Source: Thermoproteota archaeon (GTDB lineage Archaea; Thermoproteota; Thermoprotei; Gearchaeales; Gearchaeaceae). Taken from it: a stretch of 64,000 nt of DNA. The DNA lies in contig JAVVGF010000001.1 of the NCBI GenBank assembly GCA_032249235.1, forward strand, positions 384,001-448,000, given 5' to 3'. A model generated the notes under the pieces. That model did no database searches and was not told where the DNA came from. It worked only from the letters and a program-made list of their open reading frames with translations. This document shows positions 36,342 to 45,396 of the stretch, piece after piece (position 1 is the first letter of the stretch; every line of letters begins with the position of its first letter). Both the position numbers and the translations under genes were made by a program.

Positions 36342-38521
36342 GCAGTTACATAATTAAAAAATTCTATAGACGTAAAGGATTTTTATTATTTTTATTTTTA
36401 ATTCTTGTAGTTAATATTCTATTTTACTCTATTAATAATGCTACTTCAAATTTAGAAGATTTCGCTAAAAATAGTTGGATAAATTATGTAGGCGATATAA
36501 GAATATCAGGAAATTTAAATGAAGAATTTTTGAACGAATTATCATCTCAGAGTTATATTTCATCTGCTACAGGACTTGCTTTGGTATATTCAACCATTAA
36601 ATTCAATAATCAAAGTTATTCTGCACTATTTGTATATTGTTCAAATCCTAAGGGTTTGATGGGCTATGAAATTTTAGAAGGCAATAACAATTCTCTACTC
36701 TATTTGAAGGGTGGCAAAATCAATCTTAAAATAAACGATGAAATATTCATCACTACTTTTAATCATACCGTAAAAGTTTCAGGTATTGCATCTGCATTTT
36801 ATAACTTCGGTTTAGTTGATCTTGAGTTTGTTGTGAATAAAGATTTCATGCATAAATTGGGAAAGAATGATTATACGTATATATTTGCAAAGCTAAAAGG
36901 AGAGATCAGTGATTTAGAAAATAAGTTAAAATCAATAGCAAACGAAACCAATTCCAAGATCGATTCAATAATAGCATTAGATCCTAATGCCTTTCCTGGA
37001 AAAGAAGATATTGAAGCCGCAAAGAATGTCTTCAACATTTTCGTAATCATACTCTTGTTAGTAATATTCGTAGCACTTTCTGCCTATCAATTCATTTATT
37101 TAGAAACAAATGATAAAGAAATAGATTATTTGAGAGCTATCGGTCTTACGAATAGACAAATAATATTCGTTCATGCATTACCATTAATATTAATATTTGC
37201 AGTCGGTTCTATAGCTGGAACTTTGATAGCATTTCCTCTTTCTAAGATTCTCTTTGATAGTGCATTGAGATCAACACCTATAACTTTTTCAGAAATATTA
37301 CTCAACAGATTTGTGTTCCATGCTAAAATTGAAGCACTTCTTTATTCCTATTCTGTTTTACTCATGATCTTTTTACTCACTTTAATTCCCGTAACTATCT
37401 ACATTTCAAGAAAAAAAGAATCGATAGTTAAAGGAGGTTCGAAATTTTTAAGAAGAACAAGTTTGATTCCTAAACTTGTTTTATTTTCAAGTTCAACAAG
37501 ATTGTGGAGAATATTGCTTATCATATTACTATTTGCTTTATTAATTGCTTCAAATGCAGCTGTAGCTTCTATAATCAATAATTGGGATTCTTCAGTAAAA
37601 GAACTCAACAACTTTTATGATTATTTTATATATGCAATCGGATATTCTGAACTACCAAAAATAAACAACGCAACCATATTGGTTGCAACTTTTCATTTAG
37701 CAAAAGTTTATGATAAAAGTGTGGTAACTGCTTCATTTATACAACTAAGCAATGTTAGTCCAAAACTTTTAGAAGGAAGATGGCCAAGCAAAGCAGGCGA
37801 GGCGACTGTTAGTATTACATTAGCAAAAGATCTTAACTTAAAGTTAGGAGATGAAGTTCTTTATTCAATTGGTTTGAAGAATTATACATTTAAAGTAGTA
37901 GGCATCGCATTTATTCCTTTATTTTATTTATATACAAGAGAAACAGAATCTATAATTCTAAATTATGATGATTATGCAAAAATATTTGGAAGAAGTGAAG
38001 CTTTTGCTATTTACTTGAAAGGAAATGTTGAACAGGTTTTAAATGAACTCAAATCTAAAGGTTTCTCTACGTATTACAGAACAAAAGATGAATCGATTAA
38101 GATAGCTAGCGAAGGAGGAAGGATTGCGCTTATTTTTCTCAATTTTCTAACAATTACTTTGACTTTATCAAGTGCATTGCTTATATCTATCATTATCTTT
38201 TCTGAACTTTATTCTAGAAGTAAAGAATACGCTGTCTTCATACTTATTGGTTATAGAATTAAGGATATTTTGTTTTTAATAGCATTTTCTCTACTTATTT
38301 TAGCAATAATATCTTTACCTATATCATATTTTATGTTAATTTTTTTATCTATTTTATTGAAAAATCAAATAATAGCTTTTACAGGTTATTTCGATATTAG
38401 CATTAATTTTATTGACATTTTAATAAATCTTCAATACATAATTTTACCTATTTTAATTGTTTTTATAGCCAACTACAGATATCTAAAGAGATTAAATATC
38501 TATAAAATATTATTGCAATGA
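36338..38521 (+). CDS. ABC transporter permease with two FtsX-like units
   Basis: EIDYLRAIG and EYAVFILIG repeats, EGRWP in the second loop, about 8 TM. Confidence 0.85.
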   Translation: MSSYIIKKFYRRKGFLLFLFLILVVNILFYSINNATSNLEDFAKNSWINYVGDIRISGNLNEEFLNELSSQSYISSATGLALVYSTIKFNNQSYSALFVYCSNPKGLMGYEILEGNNNSLLYLKGGKINLKINDEIFITTFNHTVKVSGIASAFYNFGLVDLEFVVNKDFMHKLGKNDYTYIFAKLKGEISDLENKLKSIANETNSKIDSIIALDPNAFPGKEDIEAAKNVFNIFVIILLLVIFVALSAYQFIYLETNDKEIDYLRAIGLTNRQIIFVHALPLILIFAVGSIAGTLIAFPLSKILFDSALRSTPITFSEILLNRFVFHAKIEALLYSYSVLLMIFLLTLIPVTIYISRKKESIVKGGSKFLRRTSLIPKLVLFSSSTRLWRILLIILLFALLIASNAAVASIINNWDSSVKELNNFYDYFIYAIGYSELPKINNATILVATFHLAKVYDKSVVTASFIQLSNVSPKLLEGRWPSKAGEATVSITLAKDLNLKLGDEVLYSIGLKNYTFKVVGIAFIPLFYLYTRETESIILNYDDYAKIFGRSEAFAIYLKGNVEQVLNELKSKGFSTYYRTKDESIKIASEGGRIALIFLNFLTITLTLSSALLISIIIFSELYSRSKEYAVFILIGYRIKDILFLIAFSLLILAIISLPISYFMLIFLSILLKNQIIAFTGYFDISINFIDILINLQYIILPILIVFIANYRYLKRLNIYKILLQ

Positions 38522-39414
38522 AAATCGGAGTATCTATTGTTCCAACAAATTTTTACGAGGATATTGAAATAATCTCAAAGCTTGTTGAAATAGGTTTGAA
38601 ATTTATTTCTTTAAGCGATTATCACAAGGCTAAAGATCCTTTTCAATTATTAGAAAAAATTTCGCAAACTTTTATGGGTTTAAAAATAGGTACTGCTGTT
38701 ACGAATTTTTTAATAAGAGAACCTGAATTCGTTGCAGATTTCTTTCTTAGACTATACAAAGAAAGTAGAAATGAATTTTTTATAGGTATCGGAGCTGGAG
38801 ATTGGTTTTTATTGGATATAAGGAATATATCTGCGAAAAAAGCTATAGAGAAGCTAAAAGAAGGCATTTTTAAGATAAAAGATATATTCGAAAAAGAAAA
38901 TGCCAAAATTAAAATATACGTAGGAGCTCAAGGAACATCAACATTAAAGTTAATCGAAATGGTAGATGGTTTGATAATCAACTTAGCTAGTTATTCTGAT
39001 TTGAAGAAGGCATTAGATTATCTTAAAGAAAACAAAAGGAAGGAGATTTTTGCCATAGCTCAAACTTCTTTGAATATTAATGAAGCAAGGAAGTCTGCGA
39101 CGATTATATATGCAGGTCTTTCAGATTCTAGCTTAAAACTTTATGGTTTCGATAAAAGTAAAAGAGACAAAATAAGAGAATTATTAAAACAAGGAGAATT
39201 AGAAAAAGCTAGAGCTATATTAAATGAAGAAGAAGTTAGGAGGGTCACATTATGTGGTTCTAATGAAGAAATTTTTAACAGAATTAAGAAGATTTTGGAA
39301 TTGGGAATTGATGGTTTTATAATGGGTCTTCCTATGAGCAAAGAGAAATATGAGGTAATAAAATTTCTAGAAGAATATTATTTGCATTTTTCTCATTCTT
39401 TTTTAAAATTCTAA
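38518..39414 (+). CDS. LLM-class (luciferase-like) oxidoreductase, Mer-like, possibly F420-dependent
   Basis: SDYH, IGTAVTN, IGIGAGD, YVGAQG. Confidence 0.78.
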   Translation: MKIGVSIVPTNFYEDIEIISKLVEIGLKFISLSDYHKAKDPFQLLEKISQTFMGLKIGTAVTNFLIREPEFVADFFLRLYKESRNEFFIGIGAGDWFLLDIRNISAKKAIEKLKEGIFKIKDIFEKENAKIKIYVGAQGTSTLKLIEMVDGLIINLASYSDLKKALDYLKENKRKEIFAIAQTSLNINEARKSATIIYAGLSDSSLKLYGFDKSKRDKIRELLKQGELEKARAILNEEEVRRVTLCGSNEEIFNRIKKILELGIDGFIMGLPMSKEKYEVIKFLEEYYLHFSHSFLKF

Positions 39415-39424
39415 TTTTGGTAAA

Positions 39425-40570
39425 TTATCGAATCAATACTAAAGTAACAATAATTACTGAAGCAGGAGCAAGTAAATCACCAAGTGAAGATATCATAGGA
39501 AAGGTGTATGTATCAGGATCAAAACCTTTTTTAAATTCTGCAATTGAAACGTAATAAGAGATTAACGAAATAACTATGCATGTAAAAAATGAAGCTATTA
39601 AAGCTATTGAAATTCCTATTGGATTGGTAAACAACGCAACTATAGTTATTCCAGCAAAAAATGATGCGTATGCAAGAATTGTATCCCTAAAGATCTTCAA
39701 TAAACTATTGCTCGTTCCTAAATGTAAAGATACAGAAACCTTTGATGAAAGAATACCGCCTAGACTTCCTAATAAAGCATTGTATGCTGGTACAATAACT
39801 AATAAAGATTGAATTTGACTCAAATCCAAGGTTCTTGCATAAAAAAGTCCTCCGAAGCCGCTTATAGATGCATAAAGGGTATGCATTAAACTAATGGTAT
39901 AGAAATTTTCCCTTATTTCAGAGAATTTGAATATACTGAAATAAGCTTCTCGGCTGCTTTTCCTTAAATATAGAATAGTTAAAAAAGTTGCGGTTAAAAT
40001 TAAGAGAAATGTTAAGAAAAATGTTTGAAAAATAATTGAGAAAGAAGGTATGATTGAAAGGAAAAGGATAACAGGTGTCACAATGTCTGCGAAGGAAGAA
40101 ACGAACGGTGTACCTATGAATTCTAATACTCTTCCTTTTTTGAAATAATAAAACATTGCTATCGAAACAGGGATTGCCACGATTAAGAAAGTAAGTAAAT
40201 TTGTAAGCAAGCTCAGTGTTAAAAGCATTCCATAACTTAAAGCTCCTTCAAAGAAAGATTTATCGAAAATAAAAGCTAAGGTAGCTAATATGAAAGAAGC
40301 GAACATAGATCTAAGAAAAGAGAAAAAAATCTCTATTCGTATTAAAGCATCCTTTAAACTAGGTTTAGCTTTACCTAAATATAGTAATGTTGTTATTCTT
40401 AAAGCCAAAACACCATATATCGCTCCTCTTAAGCTCATTAGTGCAGGAATTAGGAATAAAATAACTCGAAATTCTTTTAGACTTTCCAAATTAAAGACAT
40501 AGACAAATCCTACAAGGAGTTCAATGATTGCTTGATATATTAGACTGAACTTTTCGTGTGGTATTTTCAT
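39425..40570 (-). CDS. MgtE-type integral membrane divalent cation transporter
   Basis: PALMSLRG, PFVSSFAD, DPD-x3-PMISSLGD duplicated MgtE motifs. Confidence 0.85.
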   Translation of the reverse strand: MKIPHEKFSLIYQAIIELLVGFVYVFNLESLKEFRVILFLIPALMSLRGAIYGVLALRITTLLYLGKAKPSLKDALIRIEIFFSFLRSMFASFILATLAFIFDKSFFEGALSYGMLLTLSLLTNLLTFLIVAIPVSIAMFYYFKKGRVLEFIGTPFVSSFADIVTPVILFLSIIPSFSIIFQTFFLTFLLILTATFLTILYLRKSSREAYFSIFKFSEIRENFYTISLMHTLYASISGFGGLFYARTLDLSQIQSLLVIVPAYNALLGSLGGILSSKVSVSLHLGTSNSLLKIFRDTILAYASFFAGITIVALFTNPIGISIALIASFFTCIVISLISYYVSIAEFKKGFDPDTYTFPMISSLGDLLAPASVIIVTLVLIR

Positions 40571-40649
40571 TATTTGATTGTCTTATGTTTTAGTCTTTAA
40601 ATAATTCAACTTTTTAAGCGAATTTAAGAATTAGATAGTTGAGCATCAC

Positions 40650-41864
40650 GTGCCTATAAATCCTGAAATTCATAAGAAATTTCATACAGCTCATTTAGAA
40701 GTAGAGAGAGAATATAGAGCAATTTCATTGCTTGAGCTTCTAAGAGAAGCTAGAAGGATATGCGATGTTATCATTGATTTATCTTTTTACGCTTATCTAA
40801 CTAAAGATCTCGAAACTGTTGATCATCTTTTATCAATGGTTAGTAAGGCAAAGTCAATGCTAGAAGTAGCTACAATGCATGCATCGCTGGTAATAAGAAG
40901 ATTGAAAGAAGCTAGAGATATCCTTGCTCTTTATCGTTACGCTGTAGCGATCGAAAAAATAATTGATGCAGCGCTTGATATAGCATATATAAGTTTATCA
41001 GATCATGCACCAGATAAAGAAGTAGCCGATTCCATTAGAAATCTAAGCGAAGAAATTGTCGTTAAGATAAAAGCCAATGAAAATCTCTCTTCTTTCCCTG
41101 AGAATATCTCAGAGGAATTCCCTATCGATATAATTCTTCGTGTAAAGGATAGAAAATATGAACTTTTCTTTTCAGGCAAAATCGAAAAGGATGACATAAT
41201 TTATATTCGTGGTTATAGAAGCGCCGTTAATGAGTTTTTGAAAAGATTCGGATACAAACCAATTGAAGACGTTGCTATAAACGAACACTTAAAGGGGATT
41301 TTAAATAAAATAGTATATCTCTTCGATACCACCAAGGTTCTTCTTGATCTTTCCCAACTAACTACTTTAATGGCTGATGAAAGCTTAGCTAAGGAAGTTG
41401 ATGAAATCGAATCCACCATAGATCAATACCATATTGAGTTGCTTGAAGAAATGGTCAAAATACCACCTACTCCAAATAATATCACAAATTTGTCTTTAAT
41501 TTGGTTAACTACTAAACTTGAAGAAATTACAGATAGCATCGAAGAAATCGCGTTACTAAGCTTTTCTGATAAGGATGTAAAAGAAGTTTTTAAAAGATTG
41601 CAAGAAGCAACCGGCGAGAAATATAATATGGTAATGATAAACAAGGAAGTTTCTTTACGCAATGCTATCGAAAAAGTAAAGAAATATGGAGGAAACGTAC
41701 TAGCAGTGAAGAAGAAAAATAACTGGATATTACAAACTCGTTTATCATACGGTGATCATATTTTATTGACAAACGATTGTATAATTATTCTATATCCTAA
41801 GGAATTTGAGAAAGAGATTGTTGAAGAATTAGAAAAAGATTCTGTAATGAAATGTAAATATTAA
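40650..41864 (+). CDS. PhoU-domain / TrkA-C-like regulatory protein
   Basis: IDLSFYA...EKIIDAA and LDLS...LEEITDS PhoU repeats alternating with TrkA-C-like segments; divergent from MgtE. Confidence 0.72.
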   Translation: MPINPEIHKKFHTAHLEVEREYRAISLLELLREARRICDVIIDLSFYAYLTKDLETVDHLLSMVSKAKSMLEVATMHASLVIRRLKEARDILALYRYAVAIEKIIDAALDIAYISLSDHAPDKEVADSIRNLSEEIVVKIKANENLSSFPENISEEFPIDIILRVKDRKYELFFSGKIEKDDIIYIRGYRSAVNEFLKRFGYKPIEDVAINEHLKGILNKIVYLFDTTKVLLDLSQLTTLMADESLAKEVDEIESTIDQYHIELLEEMVKIPPTPNNITNLSLIWLTTKLEEITDSIEEIALLSFSDKDVKEVFKRLQEATGEKYNMVMINKEVSLRNAIEKVKKYGGNVLAVKKKNNWILQTRLSYGDHILLTNDCIIILYPKEFEKEIVEELEKDSVMKCKY

Positions 41865-41865
41865 A

Positions 41866-42000
41866 GAGGTAGCCTTCCGGCTTAGCTACCTTCGCACGCC
41901 TTTCGGACTGTGCTAAAGGTAGCTACGGTGGGCGGTTTAACTTCCGAGTTCGGAATGGGATCGGGTGGGACCCGCCCCCTATGGCCGGAATGGCTACCTC
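41866..42000 (-). rRNA. rrf: 5S ribosomal RNA (standalone)
   Basis: Minus strand CCGGCCATAG...CACCCGATCCCATTCCGAACTCGGAAGTTAAACC; ends complementary; the only markedly GC-rich stretch in the window. Confidence 0.95.
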
Positions 42001-42021
42001 AAAATTACTTTATGAAGGATG

Positions 42022-42036
42022 TATTTAAACTTTAAC
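42022..42036 (-). promoter_or_regulatory. BRE/TATA promoter of the 5S rRNA gene
   Basis: Minus strand GTTAAAG-TTTAAATA located 22-29 nt upstream of 42000. Confidence 0.6.
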
Positions 42037-42075
42037 ATAAAGCCAAATTTATAAGTATAGTAAAACAAAAAATCT

Positions 42076-43239
42076 TTGATAGAAATGCAAGTATATGGAT
42101 CAAAAGAAATAATATTTCAAGGGTTATTTGATCCTACACAAATAAGTCTACTTTGGCTCATAATATTTCTTGCTTTTATGGTAATGCAATTATTTCCAAA
42201 CATTCCTCTAAATTGGATGACTTTAAGAACTTTGAGTAAAATTGCAGATAGACTTAGAGTATTAAATGAATTCGATATGCGTGGAAGAAAAGCTTTGGCT
42301 GAGCAATTGAAGAAATATGGAGGAAATGTAGAAAAGATGAATGAGTATGTTCAAGAGATTGTTGAGTATTTCGATATTGGTCCTGTTGAAAGAGATCCGT
42401 ATGGAATTTTAAATAGATTAGAATATATGCTGGATTTATCAAGATATAGATTTAGATCGCTTTTGAAGAATTATGCTCCTAATGCTGATGAAGAAAGCTT
42501 GTCAACTTTAGAGAACACAGCTGCAGTTGCAAATGTATTGCATTTGATAAATAAAATAGGTAGACATTATTACAATCTAGCCAAGAAGTTCAAAAACTTC
42601 TACATTGCTCAGCAAATCGAATTTATAATGCCTATGTTGATTGATTTGGCTAAGAATTATTATAAAGCTTTACCTGCTACTACTCAGCAAATTCCTATAG
42701 GAGATGCTATAGGTCCTATGGTAATAGCGAATATGTTTAAGAAATATGGTGTGAAAGAAGTAGTTGATGTTGGAAATGAAATGATAATGGGCGAAGCTTT
42801 ATTTGAAAATAGGAAGTTATTATTGCTTAAGGCAAAAGGACCTGCTGGAAGAGTTGGTAAGCCAGGTGCTGCTGTTAGGCAAATCGTTGAAAGTCATAAA
42901 GATTTAATAAAAGTTATAATAACGATTGATGCTGCTTCAAAACTTGAAGGTGAGGAAACAGGTTCTATAGCACAAGGTATAGGAGCAGCTATTGGTGATC
43001 CTGGTCCTGAAAAGTTTAAAATCGAAGAAGCTGCATTAACTTATAGGATACCATTAATAGCTATAATCATAAAACAAGGTTTTAATGAAGCAATTTCGCC
43101 TATGTTAAAGCAAATAGCTACAAAGGTGGATGAAGTGATTGATAGGGTTGAGAAATTAGTTAGAGAAATGGTTCCTGAGGGAGGAATTGCTTTAATAGTT
43201 GGAATAGGAAATACTTTAGGAGTAGGTAACGGAGCATGA
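42076..43239 (+). CDS. DUF1512 family protein
   Basis: PIGDAIGP, KAKGP, IDAASKLEGE, GAAIGDPGPEK, GIGNTLGVG. Confidence 0.85.
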   Translation: MIEMQVYGSKEIIFQGLFDPTQISLLWLIIFLAFMVMQLFPNIPLNWMTLRTLSKIADRLRVLNEFDMRGRKALAEQLKKYGGNVEKMNEYVQEIVEYFDIGPVERDPYGILNRLEYMLDLSRYRFRSLLKNYAPNADEESLSTLENTAAVANVLHLINKIGRHYYNLAKKFKNFYIAQQIEFIMPMLIDLAKNYYKALPATTQQIPIGDAIGPMVIANMFKKYGVKEVVDVGNEMIMGEALFENRKLLLLKAKGPAGRVGKPGAAVRQIVESHKDLIKVIITIDAASKLEGEETGSIAQGIGAAIGDPGPEKFKIEEAALTYRIPLIAIIIKQGFNEAISPMLKQIATKVDEVIDRVEKLVREMVPEGGIALIVGIGNTLGVGNGA

Positions 43240-43451
43240 GTTTAAGAGAAATCGCTGAGACATTTAAAGAAATAGCAAACATGAAGCCATTATCTTTGCT
43301 AAAATGCCCTGTATGCGGTGAAAGTGTAGAAAGAAGCTATAAAGAAGGAGAATATGTAACTAAAACCGTAGAAGATAAATGTCCAAAGTGTTCCAATCCT
43401 ATGTATGTTAAATTAATCTATGTAAATATTCCTCCGCAACAGCCTAGTTAG
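43236..43451 (+). CDS. Small zinc-ribbon protein
   Basis: CPVC and CPKC; ATGA overlap with DUF1512. Confidence 0.8.
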   Translation: MSLREIAETFKEIANMKPLSLLKCPVCGESVERSYKEGEYVTKTVEDKCPKCSNPMYVKLIYVNIPPQQPS

Positions 43452-44140
43452 CTATTAACGAAGCTATTGAAATAAGAAAAAGCGTTAAGAATTTTTATGA
43501 AATTTTTTCTAAAGATTTTAGTTATACTAGAACTTATCCATGGAAAGATGTTGTAAAATATTATAGCCTATTTACTGGATCAAACGTTGTTTGCGACTTA
43601 GGTTGCGGTAATGGTAGGCATAGCGAAGATCTTTTCAAATATTGCGAATCAGTTATAGGTTTAGATATATCTTTTAATTTGCTAAAGATCGCTAACAAAA
43701 GATTTAGAGGAAAATTTTTATTCTTTCCAATTAATGCAGATGCTTCTTATTTACCTTTAAGAAATTCTTCAATTTCAGGAATCGTGAGTGTAGCTATGAT
43801 TCATCATATTCCAACAAAAATATTGAGAATTAAATTTATTGAAGAATGCTTTAGAGTCTTGAGTAAAAGAGGCATAATAATAATGACAAGTTGGAGCATA
43901 ATCAAGCCTAAGCATTTCCTTTTAAGTTTATGGTACTATGTATCGAGTTTTGTTAAAGGAGAAAGGATTGAATTTGGTGATGTATACATATCTTGGGCTA
44001 AAAAATACAATCGCTTCTTCCATCTTTTTTCAGTTAATGAAATGGTGTCTTTATTCAAAAAATTCAAAATACTTGGTTATTTTTTGTTCGGAAAAAGCTT
44101 TCTAAGAGAAAACATATTATTAATTGCTTTAAAACTCTAA
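43448..44140 (+). CDS. Class I SAM-dependent methyltransferase, Trm9/ALKBH8-like; start codon uncertain
   Basis: Frame is open from 43448: FSYTRTYPW, DLGCGNGRH (motif I), GLDIS, AMIHHI, RFFHLF. Confidence 0.8.
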   Translation, partial: LAINEAIEIRKSVKNFYEIFSKDFSYTRTYPWKDVVKYYSLFTGSNVVCDLGCGNGRHSEDLFKYCESVIGLDISFNLLKIANKRFRGKFLFFPINADASYLPLRNSSISGIVSVAMIHHIPTKILRIKFIEECFRVLSKRGIIIMTSWSIIKPKHFLLSLWYYVSSFVKGERIEFGDVYISWAKKYNRFFHLFSVNEMVSLFKKFKILGYFLFGKSFLRENILLIALKL

Positions 44141-45396
44141 TCTTTTTTCTTTATTACATCAAAGCCCGTATACTTCCTCAAAACTTCTGGAATTACAATT
44201 GAGCCATCTTCTTGTTGATAGTTTTCAATTAAGGCTGCTAAAGTTCTACCTATAGCTAGTCCCGAACCATTTAAAGTATGTACATATTCTGGATTTCTTC
44301 TTCCACCTCCAACAAACTTTATATTTGCTCTTCTAGCTTGAAAATCTCCGCAATTACTGCATGAAGAAACTTCAATATACTTATTTTGAGAGGGGAACCA
44401 TGCTTCTATATCGTAAGTCTTGGCTGATGCAAAGCCTAAATCGCCTGTGCAAAGCAGAACTACTCTATATGGAATTCCTAATAACTTTAATATATCTTCT
44501 GCATCGTTTACAAGCTTCTCTAATTCTTCATAGCTTGTCTCTGGAGGAGTTATTTTTACTAATTCAACTTTATTGAATTGATGAACTCTTAATATTCCTT
44601 TTAAATCTACGTGTCTTCCTGCTTCTTTTCTAAAGCATGGCGTATATGCTGTATAATACAAAGGAAGATCTTTGTAATTAAGGGTTTCATTTGCATGTAT
44701 GTTAACCAATGCAAGCTCAGCTGTAGGTAATAACCAAAGGTCTTCATTTTCTATTTTGTACATGTCTTCAGCAAATCTAGGAAGATGTCCTGTGCCAAAT
44801 GCTCCTGTGCTCAAGATCAAAATAGGAGGGAATATTTCTTTATATCCTTTCTTTTTGTGGGTATCTAACATGAAGTTGATTAAAGCTCTTTCAAGAATAG
44901 CTCCTTCTTCTTTTAGCATATAAAAGCCAGATCCTGCTAACTTCGTTCCTCTTTCAAAATCTATAATATCTAATTCTTCTGCAAGTTCATAATGTGGCTT
45001 AGGTTTAAAACTAAATTTCCTAGGTTCTCCTACAACTCTCACTACTACATTATCCTCTGGACCTTTACCATATGGCACACTTTCATGCGGAATGTTGGGT
45101 AGTCTATGCAACAAATAATCCCTTTTATTCTTGATCTCATCCACTTCTTTTTCTAATAATCTTATTTTTTGGTCAAGCTCATCGATGTTTCTCTTTAATT
45201 TTTCTTTATCTTCTTCTTTTGGGAATTTTAGAGTAAGTACGTTTTTCTCATGTCTTAGCTTATCTAATTCCTTTAATTTTGCTCTGTATTGCTTGTCATA
45301 TTCGATGAGTTCGTTTAAAGGAAAATCTATATTTCTCTTTCTTAGCGCTTCAGCAACGATCTCAGATTTCTTTCTAATTATTTCTAAGTCTATCAT
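44137..45396 (-). CDS. serS: Seryl-tRNA synthetase
   Basis: LPTAE, CFRKEAG, RVHQFNKVE, EVSSCSNC, HTLNGSGLA. Confidence 0.97.
   Translation of the reverse strand: MIDLEIIRKKSEIVAEALRKRNIDFPLNELIEYDKQYRAKLKELDKLRHEKNVLTLKFPKEEDKEKLKRNIDELDQKIRLLEKEVDEIKNKRDYLLHRLPNIPHESVPYGKGPEDNVVVRVVGEPRKFSFKPKPHYELAEELDIIDFERGTKLAGSGFYMLKEEGAILERALINFMLDTHKKKGYKEIFPPILILSTGAFGTGHLPRFAEDMYKIENEDLWLLPTAELALVNIHANETLNYKDLPLYYTAYTPCFRKEAGRHVDLKGILRVHQFNKVELVKITPPETSYEELEKLVNDAEDILKLLGIPYRVVLLCTGDLGFASAKTYDIEAWFPSQNKYIEVSSCSNCGDFQARRANIKFVGGGRRNPEYVHTLNGSGLAIGRTLAALIENYQQEDGSIVIPEVLRKYTGFDVIKKKD

Noticed and set aside
41866-42000. GC-rich inverted-repeat element as a MITE or tRNA
   Set aside because: Contains the conserved 5S rRNA core CCGAACTCGGAAGTTAA; no cloverleaf
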